Of a stretch of DNA of 32,876 nucleotides, positions 19,872-27,846 are shown piece by piece. A program made the position numbers and the translations under genes. The notes below the pieces were generated by a model. It saw nothing but the letters and a program-made list of their open reading frames with translations. It made no database searches and was not told where the DNA came from. Source of the DNA: an uncultured Mariniphaga sp. (lineage in GTDB: Bacteria; Bacteroidota; Bacteroidia; Bacteroidales; Prolixibacteraceae); assembly GCA_964422335.1 (NCBI GenBank), contig CAYRBS010000002.1, positions 6,118 through 38,993 of the forward strand. Direction: 5' to 3'. Each line of letters begins with the position of its first letter. Positions within the stretch are counted from its first letter, which is position 1.

Positions 19872-19891
19872 GCCGCATTGAAAAGTAGTTT

Positions 19892-21838
19892 ATGATTTCA
19901 TTAGACAAGGTATATGTTAGCTTTGGCGGATTTGATTTGTTGAAGGATGTGAATTTTTTGATACAAGCTGAGGACCGGATCGGGTTAATAGGGAAAAACG
20001 GGGCAGGGAAAACCACTTTGCTCAAACTGATAGCCCGGTTGGAAGAACCTTCTTCCGGTTCAGTCAACCTTCCCAAAGACACCACAATCGGGTACCTGCC
20101 GCAACAAATGCAGGTTGCTGACACAAGAAGCCTGGAAGAAGAAACGATTCAGGCTTTTGAGGAGATATTACACATTGAGAATAAACTTTCGAATCTTAAT
20201 AATGAAATATCCCATTCCCACGATTTCCATTCAGAGGAATATCTTAAAAAATTGGATCAACTTACCGATTTAAACGAACGTTATTCGATACTCGGAGGCG
20301 ATTCTTACCGGGCCGAAATGGAACAAACCCTGCTGGGGCTCGGTTTTCAACGTACCGATTTCAATCGCCAGACTTCTGAATTCAGCGGGGGGTGGCGAAT
20401 GCGCATTGAGCTTGCAAAGTTGCTGCTTCAAAATCCCGATATTGTTCTGCTGGACGAACCAACCAACCACCTGGATATTGAATCGATTCAATGGCTCGAA
20501 GGTTTTCTGAAACATTATAAAGGAGCTGTTGTGCTGGTTTCGCACGACAAGGCATTTCTCGATGCCGTTTGCAACCGCACGCTGGAAATTTCAATGGGGA
20601 AAATTACCGATCAGAAAATGAATTTTTCGGCCTTTGTGAAATGGAAAAAAGAGCAATACGAAATTCAACTGGCTGCTTACCTGAACCAGCAGAAAATGAT
20701 TGAGGATACCGAAAGGTTTATCGAAAGGTTTAGGTATAAAGCAACCAAAGCAGTTCAGGTGCAATCGCGGATTAAACAACTTGAGAAGCTGGACAAAATT
20801 GAAGTAGAGGAAGAAGAAATGTCCGGTTTGAAAATTAAATTTCCCCCGGCTCCCCGTTCGGGCAAAGTGGTGGTCGAGGCGAAAAATATTTCAAAAAAGT
20901 ACGGTTCTCATTTGGTTTTAAATAACCTGGATCTTACAATAGAAAACGGAGAGAAAGTTGCTTTTGTAGGAAAAAACGGGGAAGGTAAAACAACGCTGGT
21001 TCGTATTATTTTACAGCAACTGGCCCACGAAGGAATGTTAAAGCTGGGGCACAATGTGAAAATTGGTTATTTCGCGCAAAATCAGGCGCAGCTTTTAAAT
21101 GGCGACCGGACCGTGTTTGAAACCATCGATGAAATTGCTGTGGGCGAAGTACGGCCAAAAATTCGCGATATTCTTGGGGCATTTCTTTTTTCGGGCGAAG
21201 AGGTGGACAAAAAGGTGAGAGTGCTTAGCGGTGGCGAAAAATCGAGGCTGGCTATGATTCGGCTGATGCTTGAACCGGTAAATTTTTTGGTGCTCGATGA
21301 ACCCACCAACCACCTCGACATGCAGTCGAAAGAAATTTTGAAAGAGGCGCTCATCCATTTTTCCGGAACCGTAGTAATTGTTTCGCACGACCGTGAGTTT
21401 CTGGATGGAATAGTTGATTGTGTTTATGAGTTCAGGAATAAAAATATAAAACAACACCTTGGCGGCATTTATGATTTTCTGCGGAAAAAGAAGTTGGAAT
21501 CGCTGAAAGAATTGGAAAAGAAAGCGAGACCTGCCGGTTCAATTAAAAAGAACGAGACAGGGCCGGGGAGGAACGGGGCCGGTTTTGAAGAACGAAAAGA
21601 AATAAACAGGAATATTTCACGAATGGAGAAAAAAGTTGCTTCCACCGAAGCGGCGATTGAAGCACTTGAAAATGACATTGCGGAAATGGATCGTGTGTTA
21701 TCATCATCTGAGGTGGTTGAGGATGAATCGGTTTTTGAAAAATACAACAAATTGAAGAAAGAGCTCGAACAAACCATGGAAAGATGGGAAACGGAACACG
21801 CTGAATTGGAAAACTGGATATCGAAAAAAAACTGGTAA
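19892..21838 (+). CDS. ABC-F family ATPase (ribosome-associated translation factor type) with a C-terminal coiled-coil extension
   Basis: 648 aa with two ABC cassettes and no TM domain. Walker A motifs are GKNGAGKTT and GKNGEGKTT. Signatures are FSGGWRMR and LSGGEKSR. There is an inter-domain linker and a charged helical tail. Confidence 0.95.
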   Translation: MISLDKVYVSFGGFDLLKDVNFLIQAEDRIGLIGKNGAGKTTLLKLIARLEEPSSGSVNLPKDTTIGYLPQQMQVADTRSLEEETIQAFEEILHIENKLSNLNNEISHSHDFHSEEYLKKLDQLTDLNERYSILGGDSYRAEMEQTLLGLGFQRTDFNRQTSEFSGGWRMRIELAKLLLQNPDIVLLDEPTNHLDIESIQWLEGFLKHYKGAVVLVSHDKAFLDAVCNRTLEISMGKITDQKMNFSAFVKWKKEQYEIQLAAYLNQQKMIEDTERFIERFRYKATKAVQVQSRIKQLEKLDKIEVEEEEMSGLKIKFPPAPRSGKVVVEAKNISKKYGSHLVLNNLDLTIENGEKVAFVGKNGEGKTTLVRIILQQLAHEGMLKLGHNVKIGYFAQNQAQLLNGDRTVFETIDEIAVGEVRPKIRDILGAFLFSGEEVDKKVRVLSGGEKSRLAMIRLMLEPVNFLVLDEPTNHLDMQSKEILKEALIHFSGTVVIVSHDREFLDGIVDCVYEFRNKNIKQHLGGIYDFLRKKKLESLKELEKKARPAGSIKKNETGPGRNGAGFEERKEINRNISRMEKKVASTEAAIEALENDIAEMDRVLSSSEVVEDESVFEKYNKLKKELEQTMERWETEHAELENWISKKNW

Positions 21839-22572
21839 TGAACAAAGAAGACTACATTTTTGGCACAAGGGCGGTGATGGAAGCCATAAAAAACGCACGG
21901 CCCATAGAAAGGGTGCTTTTCCGGCAGGGGCTCGATAATGAATTGTTTTCTCAGCTTTTTCACCTGGTGAAAGAAAATAACATTCCGTTTCAGTTTGTAC
22001 CGGTTGAAAAGATTAACCGGGTTACACGGAAAAACCATCAGGGGGTTTTAGCTTTTTTGTCAGCCGTTGAATTTGCCAACATCGAAACGCTGCTGCCGGG
22101 ACTGTTCGAAATGGGGCGCGATCCGCTGATTCTGATCCTTGATCAGGTTACCGACGTCCGGAATTTTGGTGCTATTGTACGTACTGCCGAATGTGGCGGG
22201 GTAGATGCGATTGTGATTCCCGAAAAAGGGATGGCGCGCATTGGCGCCGATGCCGTAAAAACATCGGCCGGAGCGCTTCATTATGTTCCGGTATGCAAAA
22301 CAGCCAGTTTGGCAACCACTATTAAGTTCCTGAAAAATTCAGGATTGAAAATTGTTGCTGCAACAGAAAAGTCGAACCGGGTTTATACTTTCGCTGATTT
22401 GAATTCTCCGCTGGCCATTGTTATGGGGTCAGAAGAAAAAGGGATTTCCCCTGATATTCTGAACCTGGCTGACGACCGGGTTAAAATTCCTGTTTACGGG
22501 AAAATTGAATCGCTGAATGTTTCGGTAGCTGCCGCACTTATGATTTATGAAACCGTACGGCAACGGAATTAA
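21838..22572 (+). CDS. rlmB: 23S rRNA (guanosine-2'-O)-methyltransferase RlmB (SpoU/TrmH family)
   Basis: 244 aa. It has an N-terminal SpoU substrate-binding region (IFGTRAVMEAI). SPOUT motifs are VTDVRNFGAIVRTAE, IVMGSEEKGIS and ESLNVSVAAAL. The start overlaps the ABC-F stop by 1 nt (TAATG). Confidence 0.9.
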   Translation: MNKEDYIFGTRAVMEAIKNARPIERVLFRQGLDNELFSQLFHLVKENNIPFQFVPVEKINRVTRKNHQGVLAFLSAVEFANIETLLPGLFEMGRDPLILILDQVTDVRNFGAIVRTAECGGVDAIVIPEKGMARIGADAVKTSAGALHYVPVCKTASLATTIKFLKNSGLKIVAATEKSNRVYTFADLNSPLAIVMGSEEKGISPDILNLADDRVKIPVYGKIESLNVSVAAALMIYETVRQRN

Positions 22573-23036
22573 TTGTTTACCGGGATAGTCCTTTTAAACG
22601 ACTCCTCAAGCGAAATGAAGGTTTCGGTACTTGCAATCCCTTTTATTTTTTGGATCTGGTTGCTTAGCATCGTTTTCAAGTGCTCGTTGTTTTTGGCATA
22701 AACTTTTATAAAAATGGCATATTGGCCTGTAGTGTAGTGGCATTCAACAATTTCGGGTATCAGCATTAGTTTTTCAACTACCTCCGAAAATAATCCTCCT
22801 TTTTCCAGAAAAATACCGATATAACTACAGGTATAAAATTCCACCTTTTTTGGATCAATATAGTACCCTGAACCAATAATCACTTTGAGTTCGATCATCC
22901 GATTTACACGTTGATGAACGGCGGCCCGCGAAATACCAACCTCTTTTGCAACATCTTTAAATGGGATACGTGCATTTTGGGTAATAATATCCAGTATCTT
23001 TAAATCTACTTTGTCTAAACTATTCCTAAGCGTCAT
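22569..23036 (-). CDS. Lrp/AsnC-family transcriptional regulator (paralog 1)
   Basis: 155 aa. The HTH is ARIPFKDVAKEVGISRAAVHQRVNRM and a RAM/ACT-like C-terminal domain follows. Its stop codon overlaps the rlmB stop (shared TTAA). Confidence 0.9.
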   Translation of the reverse strand: MTLRNSLDKVDLKILDIITQNARIPFKDVAKEVGISRAAVHQRVNRMIELKVIIGSGYYIDPKKVEFYTCSYIGIFLEKGGLFSEVVEKLMLIPEIVECHYTTGQYAIFIKVYAKNNEHLKTMLSNQIQKIKGIASTETFISLEESFKRTIPVNN

Positions 23037-23067
23037 CTTTTGTATTTTTCCACCGGGTTAAAATTAT

Positions 23068-23550
23068 TTATTTGATAGGTACCTGACGTTTAAAATCCAT
23101 TTCAAGAGACATAAACGTTTCGGTGCGGGCAATTCCTTCAATTTCCTGAAGATTCTCGTCTATTATCTTTTTCAGGTGCTTATTGGTTTTGGTTTGAATT
23201 TTTATAAACAAGGCATATTGTCCGGTGGTGTAATGGCATTCTACTATTTCTGGAATTTCGCGCAGGGCCTTAACTACCTGGTTGTGGTATTTGGCCTTTT
23301 CGAGGTGAATTCCCATATATGCGCAAGTGTTGTAACCGAGTTTTTGCGGGTTCACAATAAACTCGCTGCCGGATACTACTCCAATATTTAAAAGCCGTTG
23401 CACACGTTGGTGAATGGCTGCCCCGGAAACGCCACATTCCCTGGCAACTTCCAGAAAAGGGATACGGGCGTTCCTGGTAATTAATTTCAGAATTTTTTCA
23501 TCCAGGATGTCAATATCTGCGGCTTGTTCGAGGTAATCTGATTTATTCAT
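23068..23550 (-). CDS. Lrp/AsnC-family transcriptional regulator (paralog 2)
   Basis: 160 aa. The HTH is ARIPFLEVARECGVSGAAIHQRVQRL. It shares the block IPEIVECHYTTGQYA exactly with paralog 1. Confidence 0.9.
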   Translation of the reverse strand: MNKSDYLEQAADIDILDEKILKLITRNARIPFLEVARECGVSGAAIHQRVQRLLNIGVVSGSEFIVNPQKLGYNTCAYMGIHLEKAKYHNQVVKALREIPEIVECHYTTGQYALFIKIQTKTNKHLKKIIDENLQEIEGIARTETFMSLEMDFKRQVPIK

Positions 23551-23585
23551 TTTCCAAAATTTCTTTTCACTTTCAAATTATAAAA

Positions 23586-23593
23586 CAAAAGTA
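23586..23593 (-). promoter_or_regulatory. Candidate -7 box (TACTTTTG on the minus strand) for the Lrp pair
   Basis: Plus-strand CAAAAGTA. The motif ends 35 nt upstream of the paralog-2 ATG. Confidence 0.25.
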
Positions 23594-23644
23594 TTAAAAA
23601 TTTATAATTACTAATCAGGGATGCTTAATAACATAGCATTTCTA

Positions 23645-23663
23645 ACAAATTGTCACAATTTGT
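23645..23663. repeat. Perfect 8-3-8 inverted repeat spanning the MscS stop codon
   Basis: ACAAATTG-TCA-CAATTTGT. The central TCA is the reverse complement of the MscS TGA stop. It lies about 95-113 nt upstream of the Lrp paralog-2 start. Confidence 0.5.
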
Positions 23664-25017
23664 CTGATTTTGGAGCTGCTTTTACAGGTGCCGGAGATAA
23701 GGTTTTTGAAATGGCATTTGAAATATCTGTACCGGAGGGTTCCTGGAAAACTTTCAGTTCAAATTCCGGAATAACAGCCAGGATGTGATCAAAAATATCG
23801 GCTTGTATCGATTCGTAACTACTCCATGCTTTGTCTTTGGAAAAAACATAAATTTCAATAGGAAGCCCTTTTTCAGTTGGCTGGAGGTGACGTACCAGGA
23901 ATGTCATGTCGTTGTTCACCTTGGGGTGTTGTCTCAGGTACACTTCAAGGTATTTCCTGAAAATGCCGACGTTGGTCTGCCGTCGCCCGCTTATAACATC
24001 TTCGTCTGAAATATTGTTCAGTTCGTTGTATTTCCTGATCTCTTTTTCTTTTTCAGTTATATAATCGCGGATAAGCATAAACTTTCCAAAGCGCCCGAGC
24101 ATTGCTGAGTCGCATAATTTAATGCTGTTTAAATCAATGGCAACCGACCTTTTAATCCTTCTTCCCCCCGATTCTTCCATGCCTTTCCAGTTGGTAAACG
24201 ACTCGGAAACCATTGCGTATGTGGGGATGGTTGAAATGGTTTTATCCCAGTTCTGAACCTTTACCGTGTTCAGGGTAATGTCGATTACAGGACCGTCGGC
24301 GCGGCGGCTGCTCATTTCAACCCAGTCGCCAATTTTCACCATGTTATTTCCCGAAAGCTGAATGGAGGCAACAAACCCCAGGATAGAGTCTTTAAAAATT
24401 AATAGCAAAACAGCCCCCATTGCGCCAAGACCGGCAAGCAATACGGTGGGATCACGTCCCAGTAAAATGGCAATGATTAGTATTCCGGATAAGAAAAAGA
24501 CCAGGATTTTAAAAAGCTGGATGTATCCTTTAATGGGCCTTTGCAGGGCGAACGGGGTTGTGTTGTATATGTCGAGCGCCGCATTAAGAAACGAATTCAC
24601 CACAAATATGAAAATCAGGGTGAAATAAACCTGTGCCGTCTTGGTAAGAAATCCCGCCAGTGAGAAATAATAATCGCGGGAGAGCATATCCAGCGTTGAT
24701 TCGTTTAATTCCTTCAATTCATGGTGGATTTCAGGATACGCAAAATCAGCTGCATAATAAAGAATCAGGGCCGGTACCAGGTGGGCGAGGTTCCGGAACG
24801 CTTTCCGCTTTATCAGGATATCGTCCCAGGTAGTTCTGGTGCGGCGTGCAATGCGGTTTACAACGCGTAACAAAATTTGCCGGGTCAAAAAATGTCCCAG
24901 CCAGGCCAGGAAAATGAGGATTACCAGGGTTGTAAATGCGGCACCGGGTTTGGCAAACGTTGCCAGTTCATCGATTTCACGGAAATTTTCAAGAAAAAAT
25001 TTATAGAGCGATCTCAT
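23653..25017 (-). CDS. Mechanosensitive ion channel family protein (MscS-like, extended N-terminal TM region)
   Basis: 454 aa with several N-terminal TM helices. The conserved MscS pore/beta-domain region reads FKDSILGFVASIQLSGNNMVKIGDWVEM...GPVIDITLNTVKVQNWDKTISTIPTYAMVSESFTNW. Confidence 0.85.
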   Translation of the reverse strand: MRSLYKFFLENFREIDELATFAKPGAAFTTLVILIFLAWLGHFLTRQILLRVVNRIARRTRTTWDDILIKRKAFRNLAHLVPALILYYAADFAYPEIHHELKELNESTLDMLSRDYYFSLAGFLTKTAQVYFTLIFIFVVNSFLNAALDIYNTTPFALQRPIKGYIQLFKILVFFLSGILIIAILLGRDPTVLLAGLGAMGAVLLLIFKDSILGFVASIQLSGNNMVKIGDWVEMSSRRADGPVIDITLNTVKVQNWDKTISTIPTYAMVSESFTNWKGMEESGGRRIKRSVAIDLNSIKLCDSAMLGRFGKFMLIRDYITEKEKEIRKYNELNNISDEDVISGRRQTNVGIFRKYLEVYLRQHPKVNNDMTFLVRHLQPTEKGLPIEIYVFSKDKAWSSYESIQADIFDHILAVIPEFELKVFQEPSGTDISNAISKTLSPAPVKAAPKSDKL

Positions 25018-25068
25018 TATCTGTTAGCTGATATTTATAATTTAGCCAAAAATAATAAATGCAAATAA

Positions 25069-26343
25069 ATGACACGGAAGTTCCTTGTAATTCTTTTGGT
25101 TTTACCCTTGCTTTCTTCAGGGCAGGTAAATTATTCCAGCTATTTTTCATTGAAATCATTGCGGTTCGATTTTTTACTGGGCGGAAATGCTGAGGAAGTA
25201 GTGGTGTATCCCGGGCAAATGAAGCAGGAGCCATACTGGGCCGGTTCTTTAACCAACCTGGTAGATACATTTCATTACGGAACTTACCGGTTTTGTGTGT
25301 TCGATGCCGGTTCTGACAGTTTATTGTTTTCAAAAGGTTTCAGCACCCTTTTTCAGGAATGGCAAACTACTGCGGAGGCAAAAGAAACGAATAAAACATT
25401 TTACCAGGCAGCTGTTTTACCGTTTCCTAAAAAGAAGGTCCGGCTCGAAATTGACGCACGCCAGTGGGAAGGACATTTTAAAACGATTTTCGAAACCGAA
25501 ATCGATCCTGATGACCATTTTATTCTGAAAGAAGATCCCCTTCCGTTTGACACAATATCTATCGTAGAGAATGGCAACCCCAACGAAAAAGTGGATGTAG
25601 TTATCCTCGCTGAGGGCTACACTAGCGAAGAAATGGATAAATTTGAAGCAGATGCCCGGCGTGTTACAGGGTATTTGTTTGAAGAAGAGCCTTTCAAATC
25701 GGAAAAAGAAAAATTCAATGTCAGGGCGATTTTAACTCCTTCGGTTGATTCGGGGACCGACATACCCGGCGACGGGGTTTATAAAAATACGTTTTTTAAC
25801 GCTACGTTTTACACTTTTGACGTGCCGCGTTATTTAACCACCAGCGATATGAAAAGCATATACGATGCCGCGGCCGGTGTGCCTTACGACCATGTGTACG
25901 TTTTGGTAAATACCGACCGGTACGGGGGAGGGGGCTTTTACAATTTCCTGAGTATTTGTTCTGCTGACGACCGGCTTACAAAAGAGGTTTTTATCCATGA
26001 ATTCGGACATGGTTTTGCAGGGTTAGGCGACGAATATTACACTTCATCTGTTGCGTATGAAGATTTTTACAACCTGGAAACCGAACCGTGGGAACCGAAC
26101 CTGACGACCCTGGTTGAATTTGAAAGAAAATGGAAAAATAAAGTGGCAAATTCTACCCCGGTTCCAACTCCCAGGGAGGCAGAATATAGCAATACGGTTG
26201 GCGTTTTTGAAGGGGGAGGGTATATGACCGAGGGAATTTACAGTCCTTATATGGATTGCCGCATGAAAAGCAACTATGCCAAACAGTTTTGCCCGGTATG
26301 CGACCAGGCTATACGGAAAATGATTGATTTTCACTGCCAATGA
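25069..26343 (+). CDS. Exported M64-family (IgA-peptidase-like) zinc metallopeptidase
   Basis: 424 aa with a signal peptide. The zinc site is HEFGHGFAGLGDEY, preceded by VLVNTDRYGGGG, as in peptidase family M64. Confidence 0.85.
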   Translation: MTRKFLVILLVLPLLSSGQVNYSSYFSLKSLRFDFLLGGNAEEVVVYPGQMKQEPYWAGSLTNLVDTFHYGTYRFCVFDAGSDSLLFSKGFSTLFQEWQTTAEAKETNKTFYQAAVLPFPKKKVRLEIDARQWEGHFKTIFETEIDPDDHFILKEDPLPFDTISIVENGNPNEKVDVVILAEGYTSEEMDKFEADARRVTGYLFEEEPFKSEKEKFNVRAILTPSVDSGTDIPGDGVYKNTFFNATFYTFDVPRYLTTSDMKSIYDAAAGVPYDHVYVLVNTDRYGGGGFYNFLSICSADDRLTKEVFIHEFGHGFAGLGDEYYTSSVAYEDFYNLETEPWEPNLTTLVEFERKWKNKVANSTPVPTPREAEYSNTVGVFEGGGYMTEGIYSPYMDCRMKSNYAKQFCPVCDQAIRKMIDFHCQ

Positions 26344-26348
26344 AGAAA

Positions 26349-26372
26349 ACGGGTATGGAGAACCATATCCGT
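26349..26372. terminator. Hairpin between convergent M64 and small membrane-protein genes
   Basis: ACGGGTATGG / CCATATCCGT forms a 10-bp stem (one G-U pair) with an AGAA loop. TTTCTTC follows on the minus strand, and a delayed T-rich tract follows on the plus strand. Confidence 0.45.
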
Positions 26373-26393
26373 CTGCTGTGTTGTTTTAAGTTT

Positions 26394-26726
26394 TTACTCC
26401 TTTTTCGATAACGCATTGGTTACAAAGTGGGCAACGATCAACCCGATACCCCCAAAGAAGAAGATCATCGTGAAAAAGGCAACTACTTCGTTCACCACAC
26501 TTGAAAGGGCGTAACCGGTAATAACACCTATGGCTGCGCCAATTAAAAAGATGCCCCATTTTACCAAAGCATATTTTGATGTGGCTGTTTTAAAAATACT
26601 TGCATCAGCCCCTTTTTCAATCAGGGCCAGCCTTTCCTTGTTGCGGGTAGTCCAGTAAACATACAAAATGGCAAAAATTGCCAGAAAAAATCCGATGGGT
26701 ACAAATATTCCTTCCATGATATTCAA
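26394..26726 (-). CDS. Small three-TM membrane protein (resembles DUF6249-type proteins)
   Basis: 110 aa. The layout is TM1, then RNKERLALIEKG, then two more TM helices. It is divergent from the ECF sigma gene. The family assignment is from memory only. Confidence 0.55.
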   Translation of the reverse strand: MNIMEGIFVPIGFFLAIFAILYVYWTTRNKERLALIEKGADASIFKTATSKYALVKWGIFLIGAAIGVITGYALSSVVNEVVAFFTMIFFFGGIGLIVAHFVTNALSKKE

Positions 26727-26811
26727 ATTTAAATTATTTATTTTTCTGCCCTTTGGACGTCACTTTATTCAGTTGGTTACACTATTTTTTAGAATTCTTT
26801 TCGATAAATTT

Positions 26812-26836
26812 GTAACCGGGTAACAAATTCCCCGTC
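26812..26836 (+). promoter_or_regulatory. ECF-type promoter candidate (GTAAC-N16-CGTC)
   Basis: GTAAC lies at 26812-26816 and CGTC at 26833-26836, separated by exactly 16 nt. The CGTC ends 10 nt before the ATG at 26847, which implies a nearly leaderless mRNA. Confidence 0.4.
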
Positions 26837-26846
26837 AAAGATAGTG

Positions 26847-27413
26847 ATGGAAAAAAAAGACGATAATTATTACATTGAAAAAGTGATAAACGGGCAGACT
26901 GGTTATTTTTCCTATCTTGTAGAAAAATACCAGGACATTGTTTTTTCCATCGCACTTAAAGTTCTTAAAAATCGTGAAGACGCTGAAGAAATGGCCCAGG
27001 AAAGTTTTGTGAAGGTTTACAAATCGTTGCATACTTTTAAAGGGAAAGCCAAATTTTCGACCTGGGTGTACCGGATTACGTATAATACATGTATTTCGGA
27101 AACCCGCAAGAAAAAACACTACTTTACTTCTACGGACGATGTGCAGATTTCCGATGAAGCGGAAGAAATGAACCTGGACGGCATTCCGGAAGAGAATCGC
27201 GAGAAGTATGTAAGGGCTGCACTGGAGAAACTTCAGGAAGATGAATACACGCTGGTATTGTTGTATTATTTTGAAGAACAATCAATAGACGAGATTAGCA
27301 AGGTAACCGGGCTAACACCCAGCAATGCGAAAGTAAAATTACACAGGGCTCGAAAAAAGCTCTATACGATATTAAACGATATGTTGAAAGAAGAATTATA
27401 TACCATATTATGA
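26847..27413 (+). CDS. ECF-subfamily RNA polymerase sigma-70 factor
   Basis: Region 2 is FSTWVYRITYNTCI. Region 4 HTH is QSIDEISKVTGLTPSNAKVKLHRARKKL. The ORF is also open from a GTG at 26844. Confidence 0.9.
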   Translation: MEKKDDNYYIEKVINGQTGYFSYLVEKYQDIVFSIALKVLKNREDAEEMAQESFVKVYKSLHTFKGKAKFSTWVYRITYNTCISETRKKKHYFTSTDDVQISDEAEEMNLDGIPEENREKYVRAALEKLQEDEYTLVLLYYFEEQSIDEISKVTGLTPSNAKVKLHRARKKLYTILNDMLKEELYTIL

Positions 27414-27820
27414 AGACGTTTGAAGAGGATAAGAAATTGGGGCAATTGCTTAGAAGCGCAAGGCCGGAATCACCGGGGAGAGGTTTTTCTTCCCGTGTAA
27501 TGGATCGTATTTTTGAAGAACAATACGGCCTGGAACAGGTAAAACAGCAACCGGTTCTTGGCAGGGGATTTTGGATCATCCTGGCACTCTTTGCTGTTTT
27601 GTTGGGGGCTTTTGTTCTTTTGTCGGGAGGTGGCCAGGAAGCAAATACTGCACCTGCATTGTTACCCGATGTGAATACCGATGCTGTTATGACGGGTTAC
27701 CGGTCGTTTTTCGAAAAGCTGGGCGGATTGCCTGCCAGCGTTGCCGGTATTCTAATGGCATCATCGCTGCTTATTTTCCTCGAAAGGTTTTTGGGATCAC
27801 GCAGCCACGTGCTAACCTGA
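27410..27820 (+). CDS. Putative membrane-anchored anti-sigma factor (no ZAS motif)
   Basis: 136 aa. It overlaps the sigma gene stop by 4 nt (ATGA). It has a short cytoplasmic N-terminus followed by TM helices (FWIILALFAVLLGAFVLL and VAGILMASSLLIFL). The function is inferred from position only. Confidence 0.5.
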   Translation: MKTFEEDKKLGQLLRSARPESPGRGFSSRVMDRIFEEQYGLEQVKQQPVLGRGFWIILALFAVLLGAFVLLSGGGQEANTAPALLPDVNTDAVMTGYRSFFEKLGGLPASVAGILMASSLLIFLERFLGSRSHVLT

Positions 27821-27846
27821 AAACGGACATAGAAATTATCAGTGAG

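Noticed and set aside
21469-22038. 189-aa minus-strand ORF spanning the ABC-F / rlmB junction. Similar long antisense ORFs occur at 11727-12224 and 12152-12679 (in gyrB), 26835-27281 (in the ECF sigma gene) and 31177-31656.
   Set aside because: All lie inside confidently assigned genes. Their translations are Phe/Ser/Ile-rich with no domain signatures, so I treat them as frame artefacts of moderately AT-rich coding sequence.
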